Origin: Patescibacteria group bacterium
GTDB lineage: Bacteria > Patescibacteriota > Microgenomatia > UBA1400 > Chisholmbacteraceae
Reading direction: 5' to 3'
Assembly (NCBI GenBank): GCA_022564195.1
Contig: JADFLW010000006.1
Location: 2,474-66,473, forward strand
Length of the DNA: 64,000 nucleotides
Under the pieces are notes generated by a model, which did not search any database, was not told where the DNA came from, and worked only from the letters and a program-made list of their open reading frames with translations. Made by a program: the position numbers and the translations under genes. Below are positions 28,173-36,104 of the stretch, in pieces (positions within the stretch are counted from its first letter, which is position 1; each line of letters starts with the position of its first letter).

Positions 28173-28613
28173 TTACAGCTTTCTCTTCTTCATCTCATCT
28201 GGCAAGGCTCGGTAAACCGTCGTTTCTGACACACCAGCTAGTTGGGCTTGCTGTCTACGAGTGGCATTCGGGAATACTTCTATCACCTCCAGCACCCTGC
28301 CCCGATCTGCCTTAGGCGCTCCCGGTCCGTTCTTTAACTCCGCATCGAGCACTCCAGCATTCACCGCCGCTCTCACTACCCGTGCCACTGATTGGGGCGA
28401 ATAATACACACCTTCTTGCATGCTCGCCCGATCACAACTTCGGGTCTCCTTATAAGCTTCTAGAACGCGTCCAACGTGCTCCACTGCAGCTTCGGGAACA
28501 TTTGCCTGCTGGGCGAGCTCTTCGATCGAAGCATCAAGAAATGTGCTCATCACCTCCAAAACAGACTGGGTTTCACAAGAGATATTAGGCTCGAAACGCA
28601 GCGTCTCTACCAT
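28173..28613 (-). CDS. hypothetical protein with C-terminal helix-turn-helix
   Basis: PNATRRQQAQLAGVSETTVYRAL is HTH-like. No SD sequence; the start is preceded by an aaccctaac motif. Confidence 0.45.
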   Translation of the reverse strand: MVETLRFEPNISCETQSVLEVMSTFLDASIEELAQQANVPEAAVEHVGRVLEAYKETRSCDRASMQEGVYYSPQSVARVVRAAVNAGVLDAELKNGPGAPKADRGRVLEVIEVFPNATRRQQAQLAGVSETTVYRALPDEMKKRKL

Positions 28614-28710
28614 AAATCGAGGAGACAGTTAGGGTTACAGTATTAGAGTCGTAAAAACTGGGAAAAATCCTTCGACGGGTACCGGCCGGTACCTGACCAG
28701 CCCCACCCCC

Positions 28711-29061
28711 TCACCTCTTCAACCCAATCCAAAAGCGTACCGCTAAATAGACAAGAAGTCCCTGCCACAAACCGATACTCAGAAGCGCCGTGGCATAGAA
28801 AAGCCCAAGAACGTCGCGGAGGGAAAAAGGAACCTCAACCACCCAAGCGACAATCCGCCCAGTGACAAAAATCCACACCAAAAGCCCCGTTGGCAAAAAC
28901 ACCAAGGGAACAAACCAGCGTCCCCGCATGATCTCCCGCGTCGTTCGATACGGATGAACCACTAACCCTAACCCCAAACGCAACACGTGATAAACCACCC
29001 ACGCCAAAAAAGCGAGAATTTGGGAAAGCGACAAATCTTCAAATACGCGGGCCCTACCCAT
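28711..29061 (-). CDS. hypothetical membrane protein (3-4 TM helices)
   Basis: Strongly hydrophobic 116-aa ORF co-directional with the ECF sigma gene. Confidence 0.4.
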   Translation of the reverse strand: MGRARVFEDLSLSQILAFLAWVVYHVLRLGLGLVVHPYRTTREIMRGRWFVPLVFLPTGLLVWIFVTGRIVAWVVEVPFSLRDVLGLFYATALLSIGLWQGLLVYLAVRFWIGLKR

Positions 29062-29297
29062 TACTTTCCTCCTAATATTCGAAGCACCAATTCAGAAAAG
29101 TTCCGTCCCCATAGCAGCCGCAGAATGAGCACAACGAGAGCCGAAACCGGGATCAACACTTTCCAAGGATTAGCACCTAGGTGCGATGCAACAAACTTTC
29201 CAAACGGAGAATCAAAGACAACAAACGGAGATCCTTCTTTATAAAGCCTTTTGTTTTCCTCTAAACGCCACCGCAGCTCCTTATAAAAATCCTGCAT
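29061..29297 (-). CDS. small membrane protein (possible anti-sigma-like partner, speculative)
   Basis: 78-aa ORF with one TM helix, immediately downstream of the ECF sigma gene, with a 1-nt overlap to the next ORF. Confidence 0.35.
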   Translation of the reverse strand: MQDFYKELRWRLEENKRLYKEGSPFVVFDSPFGKFVASHLGANPWKVLIPVSALVVLILRLLWGRNFSELVLRILGGK

Positions 29298-29305
29298 GAT
29301 AGGAT

Positions 29306-29923
29306 TTATCCACCCGGAACTTCCTCATACGCCATCTCAAATGCTCGTCGAGCCCGCGTCAGTGCCGACTCACAACCCTTAAAACTCATACCGAGCTTCT
29401 GAGCAATCTCCCGCACCGACAATCCATCCATGTACTTCAGCTCCAAAATTTCCCGATAGTGAGGCAAAAGCGTCTGCAACGCCCGCCTCACCCGCCGCTC
29501 GTACTCAGCTCGCATCATCTTCGCGTCCGGCTCAAGCGCCCGACTCACAAACCCCTCGACAAACGGGAAACGCGAAAACACAACGGTCTTGAGTGTCCGT
29601 CGACGGTAATAGTCAGCAATCTCATGCCGGGCAATCCCACAGAGCCAAGTAAAAAGGCTCGACCTCCCGGAGTAAAGAGCTAAAGCGTCTAAGGAGGAAA
29701 GCAAGCTATCCTGAAGAATCTCCTCTGCATCTTCGCGAGAGCGTGTCTTGCTTTGAATAAATGCCCGAAGCCTCGGAGCGTATCCCTGATAAAATCTCCG
29801 AAGAGCCCGCTCGGATCCACCAAGCAATCCCGCAACCAACTCCCGCTCGTCTCCAACTTCGTAATGCATAGCTAGCTTCCTGTCATTGTACCCCAAAGGG
29901 GCAACTGCTTCACTACATTCCAT
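29306..29923 (-). CDS. ECF-type RNA polymerase sigma factor (sigma-70 regions 2 and 4)
   Basis: Region 2 DAEEILQDSLL...FTWLCGIARHEIADYYRRR; region 4 LPHYREILELKYMDGLSVREIAQKLGMSFKGCESALTRARRAF. Alternative start at MHYEV (ATG 29869). Confidence 0.85.
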   Translation of the reverse strand: MECSEAVAPLGYNDRKLAMHYEVGDERELVAGLLGGSERALRRFYQGYAPRLRAFIQSKTRSREDAEEILQDSLLSSLDALALYSGRSSLFTWLCGIARHEIADYYRRRTLKTVVFSRFPFVEGFVSRALEPDAKMMRAEYERRVRRALQTLLPHYREILELKYMDGLSVREIAQKLGMSFKGCESALTRARRAFEMAYEEVPGG

Positions 29924-29988
29924 TCTCCCTAAACCCTAGACCCTATACACTAAACCCTGTTTTTAAACTGTGCTACACTTTACAAAGA

Positions 29989-30402
29989 ATGCGCAGGCTT
30001 CCTCCTCAATCAGCACGAAGGATCATGTGCTATTGGCTTTTTTTTATTGCCTTTCTGTTTACCCCGTGGCGCAGCTTTACGGGGCTATTAGCCGCCCCGG
30101 TCCACGCGATAGATATAGGCGACGTCTTCTTTGGAGGTCAGCTCAAAACCCGAACCCTTGGAGATTTCATCACTCCCATAGTCAGAGCCTCAATCGTCAT
30201 CGCCGGCGTCATCGCCTTTCTCCTCTTCTTAGGAGGCGGGATAACCATGATCTCCTCTGCCGGAAATCCCCAGGCACAAGAGAAAGGAAAAGGCGCCGTT
30301 ACTGCCGGCGTCACCGGACTCGTGCTGGTCATCAGTGCCTACTGGATCGTCCAAATTATCGAGGTGCTCACCGGAATCAACCTCTTGAATCCGAGTCTCT
30401 AA
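29989..30402 (+). CDS. TrbC/VirB2-like pilin (paralog 3)
   Basis: Signal peptide; ISSAGNPQAQEKGKGAVTAGVTGLVLVISAYWIVQII. Confidence 0.6.
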   Translation: MRRLPPQSARRIMCYWLFFIAFLFTPWRSFTGLLAAPVHAIDIGDVFFGGQLKTRTLGDFITPIVRASIVIAGVIAFLLFLGGGITMISSAGNPQAQEKGKGAVTAGVTGLVLVISAYWIVQIIEVLTGINLLNPSL

Positions 30403-30450
30403 AATGCTCAAATGAATATACCAATACAATAAAGTGCGCCCTTCAAAACC

Positions 30451-30786
30451 ATGATGATATTCGACCTCATCGGAACCATCGGCGATCCACTCACGGGTCC
30501 ATTAGCGGGCGGAGCGGGTAAAGCAACACTGCTCCTCTCCGGATTCATTCGCCTGCTCACCATCGCCGCCGGGATCTATATGATGATCAACTTCATCCTC
30601 GGCGGCATCGGTTACATCAGCTCCGCCGGAAACCCGGAAGGCATCCAACACGCCTGGCAAAGGATCTATCGGTCCATGATCGGCCTCGCCATCGTCATCC
30701 TCTCGTTTGCCTTTGCCGGCCTCCTCGGCCTCCTTCTCTACGGAAATGCAACCGCAATATTGAGTCCGGAGATCACTGGTCCATGA
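30451..30786 (+). CDS. TrbC/VirB2-like pilin (paralog 4)
   Basis: ISSAGNPEGIQHAWQRIYRSMIGLAIVILSFAF between hydrophobic helices. Confidence 0.55.
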   Translation: MMIFDLIGTIGDPLTGPLAGGAGKATLLLSGFIRLLTIAAGIYMMINFILGGIGYISSAGNPEGIQHAWQRIYRSMIGLAIVILSFAFAGLLGLLLYGNATAILSPEITGP

Positions 30787-31139
30787 AGTTCAACATCGTA
30801 CAGAAGGCTTTTGCAATAAACTTTGAACCGATAACCGGCATCGGTGGGCTTCAAGTTGGTGACGATCCGGGAGGAACGCTGGAAAACTTCTTCACCATCC
30901 TCTTAGGCTTCTTCACCATCATCGGCGGCATCATGTTTCTCATCTATTTCGTCCTCGGAGCCCTATCCTGGATCTCCTCAACGGGCGATAGGGAGAAAGT
31001 TGCCAAAGCCCAACGCTACATGTCAAACGCCCTGATCGGACTGATCTTCGTCGTCCTTGCCTGGGCCTTCACCGGAATCATCGGTGCCACCCTGGGATTT
31101 TCAATACTCGATCTGGCAACCAACATTGGAAACCTATAA
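30783..31139 (+). CDS. TrbC/VirB2-like pilin (paralog 5)
   Basis: ISSTGDREKVAKAQRYMSNALIGLIFVVLAWAF. Start overlaps the upstream stop (ATGA). Confidence 0.55.
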   Translation: MKFNIVQKAFAINFEPITGIGGLQVGDDPGGTLENFFTILLGFFTIIGGIMFLIYFVLGALSWISSTGDREKVAKAQRYMSNALIGLIFVVLAWAFTGIIGATLGFSILDLATNIGNL

Positions 31140-31150
31140 AGGCGAGAATA

Positions 31151-31561
31151 ATGGAAACAATCCTTCATCATCCAGGCTTCAAAATAAAGGTATCCGTGCT
31201 ACTGGGTGTGATTTCTCTACTTATGGCTAGTCCCGCCAACGCCCAAATCACCAACCCCGTCCTTCCTACTCTCGGCTCCGGAGACCCTGGAGGCGCACTC
31301 GCCACAATCATTGCCAATCTCTGGAAGAGCGGTGTCATCATTGGCGGTATCCTCTTCATCCTCTACTTCGTCTGGGGAGCGATAAGCTGGCTGACCGCCG
31401 GAGGAGACAAAGCCAGGCTTGAAGAAGCAAGGCAAAAAATCTCCAATGCCCTCATCGGTCTTGTCATTCTTGCCGCATCGCTCGCCATTATTGAGCTTTT
31501 AGGAGGACTCTTAAATATTCCATTCTTGGAAACGTTATCATTCACATTCCCAACACCATGA
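31151..31561 (+). CDS. TrbC/VirB2-like pilin (paralog 6)
   Basis: Signal peptide ...SPANA; LTAGGDKARLEEARQKISNALIGLVILAASLAII. Confidence 0.6.
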   Translation: METILHHPGFKIKVSVLLGVISLLMASPANAQITNPVLPTLGSGDPGGALATIIANLWKSGVIIGGILFILYFVWGAISWLTAGGDKARLEEARQKISNALIGLVILAASLAIIELLGGLLNIPFLETLSFTFPTP

Positions 31562-31574
31562 CCGTGGACAAAAC

Positions 31575-31922
31575 ATGATATTCCCAACCTTTCTGCAGAC
31601 AACCGTCGATATCGGCTCCCAGCTCGGAACATTCTTCAGCATCACCGATGTCGGCTCACTCATAAGCGGCATCTTGGGCGCTGCTCTTCTCTTTGCTGCC
31701 ATCGCCTTCGTCCTCTACTTCGTCTGGGGTGCGCTGGGCTGGTTGACGGCAGGAGGCGACAAAACCCAACTCGAGCTTGCAAAGCAGCGCATCACCAACG
31801 CCTTCATCGGTCTTGTACTCGTCGCCGTTGCCTGGGCTATTTATCTTTTAGTCATCCACGTCCTTGGGCTCGGCGGGGTAATCAAGCTTACTAGCGTCCC
31901 TGCACCTCCTGCCCATAGTTGA
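31575..31922 (+). CDS. TrbC/VirB2-like pilin (paralog 7)
   Basis: LTAGGDKTQLELAKQRITNAFIGLVLVAVAWAIYLL. Confidence 0.6.
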   Translation: MIFPTFLQTTVDIGSQLGTFFSITDVGSLISGILGAALLFAAIAFVLYFVWGALGWLTAGGDKTQLELAKQRITNAFIGLVLVAVAWAIYLLVIHVLGLGGVIKLTSVPAPPAHS

Positions 31923-32030
31923 CAGCATTACAATACTCATCAATAATAGATGATAGATCGTCAAAATCATTCCAACAGTAGGAGGAGAAATTAACCGCAA
32001 CCAATCGGTAAGGTGAGAGGGGGTGAATAT

Positions 32031-32369
32031 ATGCTGACACTATTTGGTGTTGCCTACGCCCAAGGATCAATAACCGTAGCCCAACCTGTAGGATTCCAAA
32101 TCACAGACATCGGTACGCTCATCTCCGGAGCAATTGGCGCCGCCTTCATCATTGCGGGGCTATTGGTATTCGCCTATCTCGTTTGGGGAGGAATCCAGTG
32201 GATCACCGCTGGAGGAGACAAGGCTAACCTCGAGGCGGCAAGAGGACGCATATCCAATGCCCTCGTTGGTTTGGCGATCGTCGCTGCCGCATTCGCGGTG
32301 ATGCTCCTAGTCGAATTCGTCTTTGGATTCACGATCCTTGGAGGCGTCGAACTCCCAATATTCTATTAA
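32031..32369 (+). CDS. TrbC/VirB2-like pilin (paralog 8)
   Basis: ATG 32031 is preceded by a GGTGAGAGGGGG SD. ITAGGDKANLEAARGRISNALVGLAIVAAAFAVMLL. Confidence 0.6.
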   Translation: MLTLFGVAYAQGSITVAQPVGFQITDIGTLISGAIGAAFIIAGLLVFAYLVWGGIQWITAGGDKANLEAARGRISNALVGLAIVAAAFAVMLLVEFVFGFTILGGVELPIFY

Positions 32370-32418
32370 AGGGGAAGAGTGATGGTTCTAGTCGCGTACG
32401 CGACTAGAAAGTCTTCAA

Positions 32419-32835
32419 ATGGAAAACAGCAGTGGAAACTGGCAAGAGAGGCTTCGCCTCTGGATCAAAAAGCAGTTCTCACACTTGATTGCTGCTTTTG
32501 CTGTGATCATAGGATTCCTCGGCAATCCTATCAAAGCATACGCTGCGTTAGTCGGCGAAGAGCCAACGGAATTCTCCGCTTTAGAACCAATTGTCGAAAA
32601 TCTTATTAAAGCCGCCGTCCCAATCGCGGGTGTCGTGCTGTTTGGGATGCTGGTCTTCGGCGGCATCCAATACCTCACAAGCGGCGGTGATCCCGAAGGC
32701 ATGCAGAAAGCCAAAAGCACCCTCACCTACGCCATCATCGGCATCGTGCTTCTGGTTCTAACTTGGTTCGTGCTTCTATTTATCAAAACATTCACTGGTG
32801 TAGACGTCACCACCTTCACCATCCCCTCCCCATAA
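32419..32835 (+). CDS. TrbC/VirB2-like pilin (paralog 9)
   Basis: LTSGGDPEGMQKAKSTLTYAIIGIVLLVLTWFVLLF. Confidence 0.55.
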   Translation: MENSSGNWQERLRLWIKKQFSHLIAAFAVIIGFLGNPIKAYAALVGEEPTEFSALEPIVENLIKAAVPIAGVVLFGMLVFGGIQYLTSGGDPEGMQKAKSTLTYAIIGIVLLVLTWFVLLFIKTFTGVDVTTFTIPSP

Positions 32836-32895
32836 ACACAAAACGCTAAACCCTCTACCCTATTGCCTGATTCTTGTGCTACTATTATTTTTGAA

Positions 32896-34617
32896 ATGGG
32901 AAAACTTCGGTACTGGCTGCCCACGCTGCTCTTGGCAATTTTGGTGCTGATGCTGCCGCGTCCAGCCCGCGCCCTACCGATCACAAGCTGTGTCACCAAT
33001 CCCAACGAACCCCATCCCCTGCGCCCCTACCCCGGAGAGATCTGCGGACCTGAAGCCGCACGCACCATCGACCAAACCGATACCCCTTACTGCGCCATGC
33101 GGCCCTGGGCTGTTGGGAACATCGAATACCTCAGAAATCAGCAAGACTGCCCAGCAGGAGATCCCATTTTTCCCTGCATCATCAGAACCCTCTCCGGCAT
33201 CTACTCGATCGACCTTACCGAGTACGAACTTCCTCTCGTTTCGGTGAATCGACCGGGCTTTGAGTCCTTGACGTTCTTCAACCGTGCCCAAGAGCACCTG
33301 GCTGACTACCTCGAGGGCCGCACCTACTACGAAGGGGTTGCCGAGCCAGAGCCATCAAACAGCCCTATCGACTGGATTCCGGTCTGGAACCGGATCGGAG
33401 TGCTGCGCAAGCTCACCTCAACCCTGCCAAAACATGAGGGGAATATGATCCAGGATGCACTGAAGATCCAGATGATTGAGGGCGCCGGAGTAAGCCATCA
33501 CAACTACATCGTCGGCTACATCTCAGGCGGCGAACCAGCCGACTGGGGAACCGGGACCCCCATCCGATTAAGAGACTTCATCGGAAACTTTCCTCCGGAG
33601 TACATCTGCAACACAATCGCGGATCCGGTAGCAAGGAAGCTGTGCAACGAAGCCTGGCAAGCAGACTTTAATATATGGAAGGAAACCATCTACGGCAAGC
33701 TCTGGCCCTATGTTCCACTGGTCACCCGCGAGGATGCCAAAGGGTTTGTCCGCGTCTTTCCCGAACCGGGACAACCATTCACCACCCAAACCGCCCCGGT
33801 CAGCATCCCTCACCTGCCGCGCCTCCATGCCGTAAGCGGCATGCTCCAGCAGATGCTCGAATCGAACCTGATCGAAGAAGAGCCGGCGGAAGAAGCCGGA
33901 CCGTACGAAGGCGTCGCCTGCCCCGCCGGGCCCTGGTGGACATCGGGAACCTACGGCGCCTGCGGCAGCACCAGCTTCTGCCAGGTCGGTGCCTGTTCCG
34001 ATCCCGGATCCATGCCGTCGCTCTCCGGCGGTTCCGGCTCCTGCCGAGTCAACTGCTCAAGCCTTGCCGGTAACAGCGTTCCTCCGCTGATGCGGGACAT
34101 CATCGGAACCGCTGGCCAGGAGTATGGCGTCCCAGGCGCCCTCATCATCGCCATCATGTTCGCCGAAGGTGGGTTTGAGCGGCAATCCTGCTACGGCGGC
34201 GCTTGGAGCAACGCGCTCGTTGAAGAGTCAAGCGCTTGTGGAGGCCAAGTACCCAACTGCTGCAACTGCAACGTCAGCTCCTCCGGGGCTCGCGGCACCT
34301 TCCAATGGATTCCACGCTGGTTTGAAGCGTACAGAGATGCAGCCCAAGCCGTCGACCCTTCCCGAGCCGGAGATCCCTGCAACTTCCTGGATGCCGCCTT
34401 CGCCACTGCCAAGAAACTCTCCCTGGAACACGGCGGTGCCGCAAGCTATTCTCCGCCCTCCTGCGATGGCATCACCTACAACACCTTGGCACCCAGAAAA
34501 ACCAGCTGCGGCGACTGGAATAGCCAAGACATCGCGACCGCCACTCGCCAATACGTCGGCGCCTGCAATGTCGACTACCAGCAAAATGTGTTTTCCGCCT
34601 ACGACAAATGCAAGTAG
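32896..34617 (+). CDS. secreted Cys-rich protein with C-terminal VirB1/SLT-like lytic transglycosylase motifs
   Basis: Signal peptide. The C-terminal region AIMFAEGGFE ... SSGARGTFQWIP resembles the SLT catalytic-Glu and GxxQ motifs. Many paired cysteines. Confidence 0.45.
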   Translation: MGKLRYWLPTLLLAILVLMLPRPARALPITSCVTNPNEPHPLRPYPGEICGPEAARTIDQTDTPYCAMRPWAVGNIEYLRNQQDCPAGDPIFPCIIRTLSGIYSIDLTEYELPLVSVNRPGFESLTFFNRAQEHLADYLEGRTYYEGVAEPEPSNSPIDWIPVWNRIGVLRKLTSTLPKHEGNMIQDALKIQMIEGAGVSHHNYIVGYISGGEPADWGTGTPIRLRDFIGNFPPEYICNTIADPVARKLCNEAWQADFNIWKETIYGKLWPYVPLVTREDAKGFVRVFPEPGQPFTTQTAPVSIPHLPRLHAVSGMLQQMLESNLIEEEPAEEAGPYEGVACPAGPWWTSGTYGACGSTSFCQVGACSDPGSMPSLSGGSGSCRVNCSSLAGNSVPPLMRDIIGTAGQEYGVPGALIIAIMFAEGGFERQSCYGGAWSNALVEESSACGGQVPNCCNCNVSSSGARGTFQWIPRWFEAYRDAAQAVDPSRAGDPCNFLDAAFATAKKLSLEHGGAASYSPPSCDGITYNTLAPRKTSCGDWNSQDIATATRQYVGACNVDYQQNVFSAYDKCK

Positions 34618-34633
34618 TCGTGAATCATGAATA

Positions 34634-35644
34634 ATGAATAAAAAATTATCAAAACTACTACTGGTACCAGCTCTAGTCATTGCCTCAGTGCTGCTGTTCC
34701 ATGCCCCAGCAGCACAAGCCCAAGACTTCAGCGTCTTTTACAACGCCTGCACCGTCGGTCCCATCTGCGACCTCTGTGAGCAGTACTACTCCCCCGGCGA
34801 CTATGTGTTGGACGATGTCATCAGTTTCCCCGCAGAAGAGGAAAAGATCATCCCCCATCCCTATTATGAGGAATACAAAGACTTCACTTGTAAAGCCGAC
34901 GAGTGCTTAGTCGGCGTCTCCGACACCACGTATTGTGTCTCACCGACTGACGATGAGATACCAGCAATACGCCTTTGTACTGCGATCACACTCCCCAATT
35001 GCAATCTCAACGAGTGTCAAGACAGTCCGTCCAGCTCTCCCTATTGCGATATCGGCGCCGTAAGATTCTGCGACTCCAGCATATACGCACTCGGAGGTTG
35101 GCATTTCTGCACAACGTCGGGCTGGGACCCCACCGCCGTCGGTGGGACGAGTGGCGACTGCATTGCCGAGCCACCCCACCCAATCATGGGTTGCGATAAC
35201 GGAACCGTGGGCGTACCAGGTTCCGGCAATTGGATTGACCTTCCATCAAGGCCGAATGAACAGGGCCGCTGTGAAGAAATGCTCGAGGAGATACGGGTCG
35301 CCTTCACCCCAGGCTATGTCAAAACCTACACGCCATATCTTTTTGATATCTGGCAAAACACCGTCAAGCACACCGCGGCCATCTTCACACTCTTCCGCAC
35401 CCAAATCGGCGCCGAGATCTTCGACTGGCCTGGGGAATCAACCATCGCCTACGACTTCACCAACGATCTTGCCGAAGCCGGCTTTCCACCGACGATCCGG
35501 CCCGGATGGGATGCTAAAATCTACTTCCGCTATTTGGGTTACATCCACTGCGCCAAGGAAAATCTCCTACAAAAGCTCTCCTCCAGACTTGCAGACACGC
35601 CATACGTCTACTACGACGCCCGCTGCGATGCAGAACTTTGGTGA
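34634..35644 (+). CDS. secreted Cys-rich hypothetical protein
   Basis: Signal peptide ...APAAQA, about 24 cysteines, no recognisable catalytic motif. Confidence 0.5.
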   Translation: MNKKLSKLLLVPALVIASVLLFHAPAAQAQDFSVFYNACTVGPICDLCEQYYSPGDYVLDDVISFPAEEEKIIPHPYYEEYKDFTCKADECLVGVSDTTYCVSPTDDEIPAIRLCTAITLPNCNLNECQDSPSSSPYCDIGAVRFCDSSIYALGGWHFCTTSGWDPTAVGGTSGDCIAEPPHPIMGCDNGTVGVPGSGNWIDLPSRPNEQGRCEEMLEEIRVAFTPGYVKTYTPYLFDIWQNTVKHTAAIFTLFRTQIGAEIFDWPGESTIAYDFTNDLAEAGFPPTIRPGWDAKIYFRYLGYIHCAKENLLQKLSSRLADTPYVYYDARCDAELW

Positions 35645-35654
35645 TACATCTCAA

Positions 35655-35984
35655 ATGTCAAAACGCAAAAGTCAAAACCACAACTCAAATGTAAAAACCG
35701 ATCTCAAAATTAGATCCTACCAATTCTCTCTGAGAATCATCAGGCTAGTAAGTAGGCTTCCAAGCACAAGAATTTTCTGGGTAATAGGAGACCAATTACT
35801 TAGAAACAGCACCAGCATAGGCGCAAATATCGTAGAAACAAAATCCTCAAGCTCCAAAAAAGAATTCATTAAGTTTTACGAAATATCCCTGAAGAGCACG
35901 AACGAAACAAAGTATTGGCTCTGCCTCCTTCGGGACTCTAATCTTGAAGGCATAGATCAAAAAACAGTAAAGGAAGCTCTATAG
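35655..35984 (+). CDS. four-helix-bundle protein (23S rRNA intervening-sequence protein family)
   Basis: YQFSLRIIRLVSRLP...RNSTSIGANIVE...YEISLKSTNETKYWLCLLRDSNL matches the IVS-protein pattern (SIPSNIAEG-like, LLAKRLGY-like). Only the 3' 109 codons of track ORF 35142-35984 are taken as real. Confidence 0.55.
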   Translation: MSKRKSQNHNSNVKTDLKIRSYQFSLRIIRLVSRLPSTRIFWVIGDQLLRNSTSIGANIVETKSSSSKKEFIKFYEISLKSTNETKYWLCLLRDSNLEGIDQKTVKEAL

Positions 35985-36104
35985 GAAGCGGTTGAGATCA
36001 ACAACATGTTAGGTTCTAGTCTGTTAACGATGAAAGGAAAAAGATAGTTCTCTGGATTTTAGTTGTAGTTTTGAGACTTGAGATTTGAGTTTTGACTTTT
36101 AATT

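Noticed and set aside
35142-35654. 5' two-thirds of track ORF 35142-35984 (280 aa)
   Set aside because: It overlaps the Cys-rich secreted protein gene 34634-35644 in another frame and is Ser/Pro/Thr-rich. Only the 3' 109 codons (four-helix-bundle protein) are taken as real.
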